A stretch of DNA of 64,000 nt from Eledone cirrhosa (lineage: Eukaryota), in NCBI GenBank assembly GCA_964016885.1, contig OZ024763.1:27218001-27282000 (forward strand). The letters are read 5' to 3'. The stretch's first letter is position 1; every line of letters starts with the position of its first letter. Below the pieces are notes generated by a model. That model had not been told where the DNA came from. It made no database searches and saw only the letters and a program-made list of their open reading frames with translations. Below, piece by piece: positions 27,490 through 40,631 of the stretch. The position numbers and the translations under genes are program-made.

Positions 27490-27800
27490 GCCATTACATA
27501 TAACTATTTCATACTCATACAACTGTCTTTGTACAAATAGATGTGGTGAGAAGAAAAGCGCTACTTAAAGACAAATAGATTTATTGATTTTAATTACGAA
27601 AGCCACTCGAACCGGAAGCTCTAAACGTATAAGGGAAGTGGAGTGAATGACAAGAATAATGTCACAAAGTCTTAGTTTAATTCTTAGCCACTTGACAATA
27701 ATATTTTCAATAATGTCCATGAACATAAGCTTTGAAGCATTCGTTCGTCCACCTAAAGGGTTTCTTCGAAATCTTATCAAGCCCCGTTGCAGCTATGTAA
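27490..27800 (-). pseudogene. Relic of a Helitron RepHel PIF1-like helicase C-terminal region
   Basis: The minus-strand translation RRNPLGGRTNASKLMF..IIENII..LIRLELPVRVAFVIKINKS..LFVQRQLY resembles the PIF1 motifs LRN..LCNGTRL, RLQFPVRLAFAMTINKSQG and FSHGQLY. Confidence 0.6.
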
Positions 27801-27955
27801 TGTACGAGGTTAGTCTGAAAAGTTCAAAGTTAATAAGCTGACTATGAAGGACTGATGCTAGAGCTGTGAAATATTGCATGCATTAATTTTAACTCTTCTT
27901 ATTAAAGACGTACTTACATACACACACACACATATATATATATGTATATATATAC

Positions 27956-28001
<46 letters not shown>

Positions 28002-28211
28002 TTTATATATCTAATGATATACGGTATGTTTACGAATAAACATTTTGAAAGCTCTTTTAGCTATGAATTTTGAAAGTTGATACATATAAATACATACATA
28101 CATACATACATACATACATACATACATACATACATACATACATACATACATGCATACATATATATATGTGTGTGTGTGGGTGTGTATGTGTGTGTGTGTT
28201 GAAAAATAAAC

Positions 28212-28528
<317 letters not shown>

Positions 28529-28538
28529 TATATATATA

Positions 28539-28661
<123 letters not shown>

Positions 28662-28676
28662 TTATATATATATATT

Positions 28677-28796
<120 letters not shown>

Positions 28797-28829
28797 ATAT
28801 ATATATATATAAATATATATATATTTATA

Positions 28830-29257
28830 CATTGCTGTAGTGGAGTCTGTGCTGCTGTATGGGTCTGGGACTTGGACACTGACCAAGAAACTCACTCAGA
28901 TGGTGGATGGGTGCTACACGAGAATGCTGAGGATGGCTCTGAACATTAATCAGTATACACTGAGAATGAAAAACTCAGAGCTGTATGGGAGCATCCCAAA
29001 AGTCAGCTCAAAAGTGACACAGAGGAGACTGAGGTTGGCTGGACATGCTCACCGACATCCAGAGTTGACATTGCACTCAGTGCTCCTTTGGGAGCCCCTA
29101 CATGGACACACTAGAAGAGGAAGACCAAGGTTAACATATGTTGATGCCCTAAGGACAGACACTGGTCTGTTGGAGATGCAGGATATGGCAGCGATAATGA
29201 GGGACAGAGACCGCTGGAGAGAACTCGTCCATGGATCTCGGGAATTTTACCCGCCTT

Positions 29258-29259
<2 letters not shown>
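28830..29259 (+). mobile_element. RTE LINE 3' fragment
   Basis: [47 protein letters not shown]. Embedded in (TA)n. Confidence 0.9.
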
Positions 29260-29291
<32 letters not shown>

Positions 29292-29305
29292 GAAAAGAGT
29301 CAGGA

Positions 29306-29398
29306 CCCCGACGGCTGAGCTCCGGCCGTTTCGACTACTAGATCCGAACTAAGCCACCAGTGTTAGAACGGTGGAAATCTAGCTGAACTTATCAAGGG
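29306..29398 (-). ncRNA. Type I hammerhead with a U3:A8 core variant and a long stem II (family A relative)
   Basis: The minus strand reads CCC-TTGATAA-g..GCTAGAT..CCACC..GGTGG..ATCTAGT..c-GAAA-CGGC(cggagctca)GCCG-TC^GGG. The base of stem II is imperfect. Confidence 0.6.
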
Positions 29399-29759
29399 TT
29401 ACAGTCCATATATGGGCATGCAGACAAAGTAAAAAAGGAAAGAAAAAAAAAAGAAAAAAATCCTAAAAGTTTGTTGTTTTTCTTGTCTGTCACGGGAGTG
29501 GTCAATGGTCTGGGACGTCGTGTACATAGTTAAATTCCTTCATAGCGGACTAAACAGGCCTGAAAAACAAGGGTTAAGGGGTAAGGAGACGGACTGACCT
29601 GAGGATGCCAAGCCAGTCAGGCGTGCACGCATGGCATTAAGAGAGATTTGATCCTATACAACTATCTTTCATCTATAGAAACGGTAAACTTCCTTTCAAA
29701 GGGATAAGAAAAAAAAGATTTTTTCAGCTAACCATCGTAATGTATATATATATATATAT

Positions 29760-29776
29760 ATATTTAGTACCTTACT

Positions 29777-29827
<51 letters not shown>

Positions 29828-29942
29828 GTACCTTACTTACTATATATATATATATATATTGAGTACCTTACTTACTATATATATATATATATATATTTTT
29901 TTAGTACCTTACTTACTATATATATATATTGAGTACCTTACT

Positions 29943-29989
<47 letters not shown>

Positions 29990-29999
29990 GTACTTTACT

Positions 30000-30073
<74 letters not shown>

Positions 30074-30095
30074 AGTACCTTACTTACTATATATA

Positions 30096-30155
<60 letters not shown>

Positions 30156-30270
30156 TTTATCCTGGGTTCAATTGGGGGTAACCACAGTAAGTAAGGTACT
30201 CAATACATTGCAGAGTATAAATATTTAATATAGAAATGGCTTCTACAGGACTAGAACTGTTTCATTCGGG
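29760..30270. repeat. Repeated short (G)AGTACCTTACTTACT motif separated by (TA)n, next to its inverted source element
   Basis: About 7 copies in 29765-30088. The reverse complement AGTAAGTAAGGTACTCAA is at 30186, and again (truncated) at the window end. Confidence 0.8.
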
Positions 30271-30547
30271 AGAAATCAACAGGAAGCCCTTTTTCAGCTA
30301 ACCGTCGTAATGTGTGTAAATATATATATATATATATATATATTAACAATATTGATAAATAATCAACAAACCATATAATTCATTGAATATATATATATAC
30401 AATGTACGTCAATACTCATCTTTTTCCATTTATCTGGGGGTTCTAAACCCCATTATCAGGCTAAAATTCCTTTAGTCAAAAATACGGTGAAAGCTATTCT
30501 ATTTTCTAATTTCAAACCTGCTCACTATTTCAAAACATACTTACTTG

Positions 30548-30597
<50 letters not shown>

Positions 30598-30599
<2 letters not shown>

Positions 30600-31156
30600 T
30601 TTCTGAATTTGTTTGGCAAGATTCTTTATCTGAAATCGTGTGTTGAAACCGATATTGTTATACTTTGGGAGGGTCATGTTGCCAATAAGAAACACACGCA
30701 CCAGTTGCTTTCACTTCAATTTATTATATATTTATAAATTTACAAGTTTATAAATTTATAAAGTTGGTTGGTTGGTTCCACAACCAGATAGTTGTTTATA
30801 TATAGTCATAGTCCTTTCGTCACACACTCTGTGACCTCTTCAGTGACTGGGGATTCCTTTCTTTGTTTCTGTGCCTCTCCTTTGTTCTGTCCTACGCCAT
30901 TTTGTTTCTCTGGCGTAGGACAGAACAAAGGAGAGGCACAGAAACAAAGAAAGGAATCCCCAGTCACTGAAGAGGTCACAGAGTGTGTGACGAAAGGACT
31001 ATGACTATATATAAACAACTATCTGGTTGTGGAACCAACCAACCAACCAGAAATTTATAAATTTATAAACTTGTAAATTTATAAATATATAATAAATTGA
31101 AGTGAAAGCAACTGGTGCGTGTGTTTCTTATTGGCAACATGACCCTCCCAAAGTAT

Positions 31157-31165
<9 letters not shown>
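30598..31165. mobile_element. PLE-like family B fold-back palindrome with two hammerheads
   Basis: Arms ~30653-30899 / 30911-31164. The + strand at 30962-31006 reads AGTCA-CTGAAGA-gGTCACA(gagtg)TGTGAC-GAAA-GGAC-TA^TGACT, mirrored at 30804-30848 (-). Confidence 0.85.
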
Positions 31166-31198
<33 letters not shown>

Positions 31199-32144
31199 CT
31201 GAAAATTTCATAAGCTGACCAAGATACTATCATAGAATGACCAAATGAGGTTTATTTGTCAACATAGTCTCTTTAAGATAAGAAGAGTTAAAAATGAATG
31301 TATGCAATATTTCACAGCTCTAGCATCACTCCTTCATAGTCAGGCTATGAACCTTTCAGCTTTTCCTCGTATTTCATAAAATGTTCTAATGATTCAGCTG
31401 ATTTGCTGCCTCGTTTAAGCCCATTAGCTATAATAAACAATTAAGTTTCTCTACGCAACAACATGACAGACGTGACATCTTTGTTTTAATATCAAAGAAA
31501 CGGCCTCTTGCTCGTCAGCGCTGCAGCTGTTTGAGTATTTGTCAAGTGTATTGAAACGATTCTTTGAAACACCGTGGCAATAAAAAGGTCAAAGCATGCT
31601 GCCGGTGGTGGTTTAGGTAAAGAAATGAGCAATCAACATTTTAAGACAAAAATCTTGAAACATTAAATGTGGTTTAACCCGCCACCCAACCCCAACCTAC
31701 CAGCTTCACGCTACTTCGCTCCCCCGATCATTTTCATCATATTTGCTACTGAGATCTTTGCTCCTAGCCAAAATATTTGTACATGGAAACTGAAATATGG
31801 GAAGTTGTGAGCATTTAAAAAATGTCTTTTGTGTGTTGACACATTACAGCTGGCGGTAATGTGAAATAGTGCAGATACAGCAGTAACATTTGTTAAGTTA
31901 GGTTCCAAACACCTCTTGTTCCATGATAGAAAACTGTTTGTTTTAAAGTGTTTATTTATATACTACTAAAGCTCTGTGATTGTGTGCTTGTCTATAATCT
32001 AATACAGCCAAAACGGCGCATAAAGGGAAAATACTTTGAAAGGAAGTTGCCTCTGAAATGGGAATACAGATGGAATAAAAGAAATTTCGCGTAAATCGGT
32101 ACCTTCATAAATAGAGAGAGATAGAAAGAGAAGGAGACAGTACA

Positions 32145-32240
<96 letters not shown>

Positions 32241-32697
32241 GCCATCCAATTTCATTTTACATTATATACACTAGCAGAAAAACCACCCTTCAGGTGGTCT
32301 TCTGCTAGCATGTGTAGTGTGCATATTGATATTATACTATTATACACAAATATATATGCATTTAGATATAATACATCAAATAAAATCGTAATTGACATTA
32401 TACACTGGAATTGAACGAAGACTGCGTTACACTCTCTTATGTAATCAGTAAAGTAATCCATGATACATTAAAAAAAGACGATATTATATATAAACTGCAT
32501 TAGGAGAAAATTAACGACGGAAATATATGAATGTTTATATAAGCGATGTAATAAGTATTAAAATATAACGGGCGCTAAACGGAAGTGTGACATTTGAAAA
32601 TTTTAAAGAAGTGAATCTTGAAATAAGCAATAAAATTAATAGTTACGAAATTTAGTACATAAATTATGTAATATTCATTCATTATCTATTCAAAGAG

Positions 32698-32890
32698 GGC
32701 GGTAGATTGGCAGTATCGGTAGAGGGTCGGACGCAATGCTGCTTTGAAGCATAGTTACGTCCCTTTACGGTCTGAGTTCAAATCCCGCCGAGGTTAACTT
32801 TGCCTTTCATCCTTACAGGGTCGATAAAATAAAGTACCAGTAATGTACTGGGGGATATTTGCTGGCCTTGTGCCAAAAGTAGAAACAATT
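32698..32890 (+). mobile_element. SINE family 1
   Basis: Full-length copy. Confidence 0.85.
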
Positions 32891-33197
32891 ATTTATTCAA
32901 AGTGATCCAACTTATTTTACAAACGGGATAAAAAAATATATATTCTGGACGCAGTCCCGCACTCCTTTCTTTATGATGTCTGTGAATATTTTATCTATTT
33001 AAAAATGATTTTTAAGTGAACATGAACATGATTATAACATGATTTTACGTATTGAGATTTAAACTCAATACGTAAAGGGCCGTAACTCTCTGCCACAAAG
33101 CAAGGTGTCCGACGCTATACCGATTACTGCCAAATGTGGAGATTCGACCCTGCGCTCGAGCGGTTTCAGTTTGTAACCTCTCCAAGCTTCTGTGTGA

Positions 33198-33228
<31 letters not shown>

Positions 33229-33594
33229 AATGTATGTATACTAATATCTGTGTAAATATCTAACGTAGTATATGCAAATTTATGTGAAATCATTTGAGAT
33301 TATTAGGGCTATAATTATGGAAATGAATAATAAATAAACAAGATAATTATAACGTGTGGTTTGTTTAAATAATTCAAGAATTGGTTGTTCTATCGTTTTT
33401 GTTTATTTGAAAACTGGGGAAAGAAATTTAAACGAAATTTAAAACTAAAATTAACATGATAATAATTTAGACAGTTCCAGCGTGAAACTGGTAATAAGAT
33501 AAATGTGTGGTTGTTTATGTGTGTGTGTGTGGGTGTGTGTGTGGGTGTGTGTGTGGGTGTGTGTGTATATATATATATATAAATACATATATAC

Positions 33595-33655
<61 letters not shown>

Positions 33656-33678
33656 AATATATATATACATATATATAC

Positions 33679-33712
<34 letters not shown>

Positions 33713-33748
33713 ATATATACATATATATATACATATATGTGTACATAT

Positions 33749-33781
<33 letters not shown>

Positions 33782-34117
33782 TATATATAAATATACATAT
33801 ATATAAATATACATATATATATAGATAAATTAATAAAATAATGAATAAACAAAGAAACAGTTCCTTATATTAAAAAATTCATCATTTTACGATCGTTTCT
33901 AGGATATATATGTTAGTGTTGGTAATCATATCCTATAGATCTATGTAAAATTTTTACATACAATATATATAGATATATATAAATATACATATATATATAC
34001 ATATATATAAATATACATAAATATACATATATATAAATATACATATATATAACTATACATATAAGTGAATATACATATATATATAAATATACATATATAT
34101 AAATATACATATATATA

Positions 34118-34966
34118 AATATTTTCAGGTCTTTACGAAGGTCCAACTTCCACACCGATCTCAAGCTGTGGCACGCCGCCCAGGCTTTGCTCTTCCTCTC
34201 AACCACATCATCTTCCGTATTCCCAATCTTTGCTCCCAAATACAGGAAGTCCTCAACCAATTCCAGCGGCTTCCCGCCTACATTAGTGATCCCCTCTGGC
34301 TTCTCAACATTCTCTACCAGATATTTTGTTTTAGTCTCATTCATTCTCAGCCCCACACTCATCGACACAGTCTCAACCTCCTGCATCAAATCCTCTGCCT
34401 CCTTCACTGTATTTGTCACCAAAACTATGTCGTCGGCAAATTCAGCATCCGATATCTTTTTCGCAATAACTCTCCTGCTCTGAGCCGATGTTACAGCAAA
34501 GCCAGAGTCCTGGTGTTTCTCCGGTGCAAGGCGCATACAATAGTCCGTTGCTGTAGTGGAGTCTGTGGTGCTGTACGGGTCTGAGACCAAGAAACTCACT
34601 CAGATGGTGGATGGGAGCTACACGAGAATGCCGAGGATGGCTCTGAACATTAATCAGTATACACTGAGGATGAAAAACTCAGAGCTGTATGGGAGCCTCC
34701 CAAAAGTCAGCTCGAAAGTGACACAGAGGAGACTGAGGTTAGCTGGACATGCTCACCGACATCCAGAGTTGACGTTGCACTCAGTGCTCCTGTGGGAGCC
34801 CCTACATGGACACACTGGAAGAGGAAAAACCAAGGTTAACGTATGTTGATGTCCTAAGGACAGACACTGGTTTGTTGGAGACGCATGACATGGCACAGCG
34901 ATAACGAGGGACAGAGACCGCTGGAGAGAACTCGTCCATGGATCTCGGGAATTTTACCCGCCCTAG
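34118..34966. mobile_element. RTE LINE insertion with a 5' inversion
   Basis: 34118-34545 (-) encodes the RT segment [24 protein letters not shown]. 34546-34966 (+) continues VAVVESVVLYGSE to the 3' end. Same family as 28830-29259. Confidence 0.9.
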
Positions 34967-35505
34967 AATATATAAATATACATATATATAAATATATATA
35001 AACAAATTCAGAAACGAAATATATAAATATACATATATATAAATATACATATATATATATATATATAAATATACATATATATATAGATATACATACTATA
35101 CATATGTATGAATATACACATACATAAATATACATATATATAAATATACATATATATAAATATACATATATATAAATATACATATATATAAATATACATA
35201 TATATAAATATACATATATATAAATATACATATATATAAATATACATATATATAAATATACATATATATAAATATACATATATATAAATATACATATATA
35301 TAAATATGTGTGTGTGTGTATATATGTAGATATATATATTTATATATATAGAGGATAACAATATATCATTAAAGGTAATCCGATTAGAGGTTGTGAAAAC
35401 TTCTTATCGTGGATAGTTTAAGCGTACGGCGTTGTGTGACTTAGCCATACTATATATACATTCCTTGTTTGAACTGTTGACCATGTTATTCTTCACTTTT
35501 TCAAT

Positions 35506-35536
<31 letters not shown>

Positions 35537-35660
35537 CTACATATACACATACACACACACATACATACATACATACATACACACACACACATACATACAT
35601 ACATATATATACACACACACACATACATACATATATACACACACATATATACACACACAG

Positions 35661-35716
<56 letters not shown>

Positions 35717-35963
35717 AAAAAATGGGGAGAAGAATACTGCAGGTTGCACATGGATAACATGTTATAAAATGCGTCCCTCATCAGTGATTTGCCAACGATC
35801 ATAGATATTTCATTGCATTAAAAATCATATACCTCACGTTGGTGCAATAATAACTAAATTAAGTTATTAGGACAATTAAAACGCGTAAAGCGAGTGAGAC
35901 AAGTAAACAACAAAGAGGAAAGCTAACCGTAGATAGGAAGGGCACAATATATATATATATATA

Positions 35964-36160
35964 TAGGAACGAGTAGGACCCCGACGGCTGAGCTCAAGCC
36001 GTTTCGACGGCTAATTCTGGACTCCAGAATTAGCCGTCGAAACAGTTTGAGCTCAACTGTCGGGGTCCTACTCGTTCCTATTACCCACTCTACTACCCTA
36101 AGTATTGAGTACTTTGGTGGGTTATGGCCCACCTGGTTCCTTATCACATTTCCTTCGTTA
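35964..36160 (+). mobile_element. PLE-like family A fold-back element
   Basis: Palindrome centred at ~36022, with tail ATGGCCCACCTGGTTCCTTATCACATTTCCTTCG. Confidence 0.75.
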
Positions 36161-36288
36161 TATATATATATATATATATATATAGTTATATATGAGATGA
36201 ATTGAGTGCTGCGTGGTTGCACATGGGTTACATATGAATAAAATAGTCCTCCATCAGTAATTTTCCAACTTTCATTGGTATTTCATCG

Positions 36289-36376
<88 letters not shown>

Positions 36377-36495
36377 TCGGAGTTTACGACTTGTACAGCT
36401 GTCATTACTACAAACTGGATTATTTGTTAGTTAGGATTAAAAAAACGAGGACATTAGTCATAAAAAAAGTGAGACTGTGTATGTGTGTGTGTATA

Positions 36496-36594
36496 CAGAG
36501 TGTCCCTAAAAAATGTATACACACTTCAACAGCATTCTAATAAATATTGCCTGTACAGGTAATCAGAGTTTGTATAAATTTTTGAGGGCACACC

Positions 36595-36597
<3 letters not shown>
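36496..36597. mobile_element. Small Tc1/mariner MITE
   Basis: TIRs CAGAGTGTCCCTAAAAAATGTATAC / GTATAAATTTTTGAGGGCACACCCTG, with TA flanks. Confidence 0.65.
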
Positions 36598-36625
<28 letters not shown>

Positions 36626-36673
36626 CGCAAACACATATATACACAGATATATATACACACATACATATACGTA

Positions 36674-36715
<42 letters not shown>

Positions 36716-36717
36716 CG

Positions 36718-36749
<32 letters not shown>

Positions 36750-36750
36750 C

Positions 36751-36804
<54 letters not shown>

Positions 36805-36997
36805 ATAGTGACGAAACATAAGTTAATTGCATGAACTCATAATCCTTTATTTACTCCTATATATATTTCGATATACACACACACACACATACATACATAC
36901 ACACACACACACACACGCACACACACACACACACACATACATATATACACACATACACACACATACATACATACATATATACACACACACATACGTA

Positions 36998-37053
<56 letters not shown>

Positions 37054-37411
37054 GGCAGTTAGTCAGTTCTTAGATATGCCAGCTCTGTGTTTATGGTGTT
37101 GATGGTATCAGAGCCTTGAGACATATGGTATATATATATATATATATATAAACATATATATATATATTCACATATAAATATACCTATACACTCATGTATG
37201 TATACATATTTATACACTTATATATGTACCTATACATATATATATATCTATATATATACCTATACACACACATATATATATATATATACATATATATATG
37301 TACCTATGCACATACACATATATATATACATATATATATACACATATAAACTTATACACACAGATGCGCATATATATTATCCATATATATTTATTTATAT
37401 AATATATACTT

Positions 37412-37442
<31 letters not shown>

Positions 37443-37552
37443 TCTTATACACACACAAACACACATAAGTTGACTCATTTTAAATTAAATCGTAGTCTAC
37501 CTAGTAATTTATCAAAATGAAAGGCAATTATACAGTTTTGCAAAGACAACTA

Positions 37553-37858
37553 AAAACCAACACCACCACCAACACGATCAACAACAACACCAACACCACC
37601 ACCAACACCACCAACACCAACACTACCAACACCACCACCAACACGATCAACAACAACACCAACACCACCAACACCACCAACACCAACACGATCAACAACA
37701 ACACCAACACTACCAACACCAACAACACCATCAACACCAACACTACCAACAACACCAACACTACCAACAACACCACCAACACTACCAACACCACCACCAA
37801 CACGATCAACAACAACACCAACACTACCAACAACCCCACCAACACGACCAACAACAAC
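37553..37858. repeat. (AAC/ACC)n low-complexity tract
   Basis: Direct inspection. Confidence 0.9.
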
Positions 37859-38204
37859 GTATCTGTTGATTGGTTTGTTGAGTTATCGGATTAAAGACAC
37901 CCAATAAAACATTCGTTGAGAAATAATAGGTATTCTGTGGTAACACCTTTTGCCATTTTGTCTGTGGGGTGCGGCCGAGGCACCGCTCAGACTGGGTTGT
38001 GGGGTATATCTCTCTCTCCTCGCCCCCTTTCCTTCAAGCCTAGAAGAAAATTCGTTGAGAAATTACTGATACTCCACGGTAAAGCCTTTGCCAATTTTTT
38101 TTTGTCTGTGGGCGCAGCAAAGATAAGGGTGTAGTGTCTGTCTTTCCCCCTCTACCGTTCTTTCAAACCTAGAAGAACATTCGTTGAGAAATTATACGCA
38201 CGAC

Positions 38205-38356
38205 ATTATGATAGTAAGTCTAACACCCTCACCATTGGAGCAACGTAAAATGAAGTGTCTTGCTCAAGAACACAATACACCACCCAGTCCCGGAATCGAA
38301 CCCGCGACATTATGATAGGGAGTCCAACACATTTACCACTGGGCAACGCGCCTCCA
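38205..38356 (-). mobile_element. tRNA-derived SINE head (family 2 relative)
   Basis: The minus strand has GGAGGCGCGTTGCCCAGTGGTAA..GGTTCGATTCC..TTGAGCAAGACACTTCATTT. Confidence 0.75.
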
Positions 38357-39178
38357 CATTCACAAATAGAAGAAGAGACTCTAAGCAAGGGTCCAGAGTT
38401 GTTGACTTCCTCACCCTGGGCCCCTGAACTCTGATCTTGATCTTGATCGGATGAACAACAGCCTGAGACAGTAACAGACTTATATACAAGGAGAAGATGA
38501 TGAGAAGAGGAAGAAGAGGAGGAGGAGAAGAAAAAGATAAAGAAGAAGGAGAAGGGAAAAAAAGAAGATCCGGAAGAAGAAGAAGAAGAAGGAGGAAGAG
38601 GAGGGAAATATAATTTTTTAAAAATGCTAAGAAGAAACATTAGAGTTTTAGTAAAGAAAATCTAAGCTAGAGTCCCAAGTTGTCGACCTCATCACCCTAG
38701 GTCTATCATCTTGATCGTACGAACAACAACTGAGACTGTAACAGTCTTATATAGAAGAAAAAAAAGAAGAAGAGGAGGAGGAAGGAGGAGAAAAATATTT
38801 AAAAACAAAAACGATAAGAAGAAAAATTAATCTTTTAGTAAAGAAAATCGAATTGACTTACTTCAAATTTTCCTCAGGACTTCAGTAATATATTTAAATC
38901 CTGTCCCATCAAATGTATTCCTTTTCGGGTACACTTACCCCAAATTCGAGACTCTAATATACTCGGGATATTTAAGTCCGATACATCTTAAATTGAGAAA
39001 GTTACAACAATCGAATTGAATAAGGACAGTTAACGGGCAGACATCTTGGCTTAACTCTTTTGTTTTACTTTTTGCCGAATTCGAAAAAATTACACTCGTC
39101 TGTTCTAGTTTTTTTATTTATTTTAATGATTTAAACTCGCCATAGAGTCGTTAGAACGTCTGATAGAATGCTTTACAG

Positions 39179-39450
39179 CAATCATAGGCAACCTGCGGTC
39201 CGTGAAGCTTTCTGAATGGTTCGCCTAAGCCACCTAAGAGAAATCTTTCTGATTTTTTTATCATTCGTAATTTATCTTTCTATCATTTTTACGATCGAGG
39301 AAAACAACGTGTAGTAATTCTGAAGAAACAAATCAATTCAATCTGAGTTACCACCCTTTCTTTTTTTAAATGTAGGCACGAATGTAAATTAGCCTGATGA
39401 TGAGCCATATCTCAAGCGGCCTGCTTCTCGAAAAAGGTTGCCCATGCCTG
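39179..39450. mobile_element. hAT (Charlie-like) MITE
   Basis: TIRs CAATCATAGGCAACCT / AGGTTGCCCATGCCTG, with an 8-bp TSD CTTTACAG / TTTTACAG (one mismatch). Confidence 0.75.
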
Positions 39451-39541
39451 TTTTACAGTATTCGTTCCGTCTGAGCTTTATTTCATAATATATATATATA
39501 TAAGAAATACAATGTAAATGTTAAAGGGTTAAATATATATA

Positions 39542-39601
<60 letters not shown>

Positions 39602-39673
39602 CCCTTTAACATTTACATTACTCTATATATACTATTGTATAAATATATATATATATATATACAGTATATATAT

Positions 39674-39885
39674 TTAACCCTTTAACATTTACATTACTCT
39701 ATATATACTATTGTATACTATTGTATTTTCATTGTAAAGGCTTTATCTCACATAATATTGAATCTATGAGTTATTTATTTTGAGAAAAATACTTTAACAT
39801 CAGTATGAGTGGCCAATTACGGCTGGTTTGAACAAAAAGAGGTGAGAGAATTCTGGCCCGTTATGGCCGCTTTAAATACTAAAGG
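39674..39885. mobile_element. piggyBac-like (TTAA-CCCTTT) MITE
   Basis: Begins TTAACCCTTTAACATTTA and ends TAAATACTAAAGG. The same family occurs in tandem at ~52246-52830. Confidence 0.6.
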
Positions 39886-40631
39886 TATATATATATAATA
39901 AGGAAATGAAATACAAAGTTTATATGATAAAGTCATTTATTGATAAGGACGTTATACGTATTTCGAGAACGACTTTGGTTACGCAATTCAGTTTAGAAGC
40001 TAGTGCCATGCTCTCGTCAGACAGCGCCTTACATAATAAAGTTACAATGAAGGAGGTAATCCAAAATTGAAGTGACAAGAGAACAGGCAAACAGTGATGT
40101 TCATGAATCGAATGCCCGTTCCTTGCAAACGTAGAAAACAATTATTAAATAAAGCTCAGAAGAATGGACGAGTCTATTTTAGAATATAAAATATATAAAT
40201 TTATTTAATAATTGTTGTCTATGTTTGACACAAGGCCAACAATTTTGGTGGGAAGGGAAAGTCGATTAAATTGACCCCAGTGCGTTACTGCTACTTTATT
40301 TTATCGACCCCCGTAAGGATGAAATGCAAAGCTAACCTCGACGGGATTTGTGTGTGTGTGTGTGTGTGTGTTCACTTTATTGCTTAGCCGAAAAACCCTA
40401 TCTGATCAAGCGGACCTTTTATCCATAGCAATTCCATTGTTTTCTCACACAGTTTATTTATCTATAACACCATATATAAGGATCGACTGAAAAGTTCATA
40501 GGCTATCTATGAAGGAGTGATGCTAGAGCTGTGAAATCTTGCAAACATTAATTTCAATTTTTTTATTTATTAAATTAAAAACTGCATCGTTTCTTTCCAG
40601 GGACTATGTTGAAAAATAAACCTCATTTGGT

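Noticed and set aside
32271-32310. Hairpin plus CTAG resembling a Helitron 3' end
   Set aside because: No matching 5' TC terminus could be located, so it is not called as a feature.
33885-33945. Half-hammerheads GAAACGATCGT (33885 and 60872, minus strand) and GAAACGCGTA (63684)
   Set aside because: No recognisable CUGANGA lies upstream. They are probably decayed members of the same class but cannot be supported as ribozymes.
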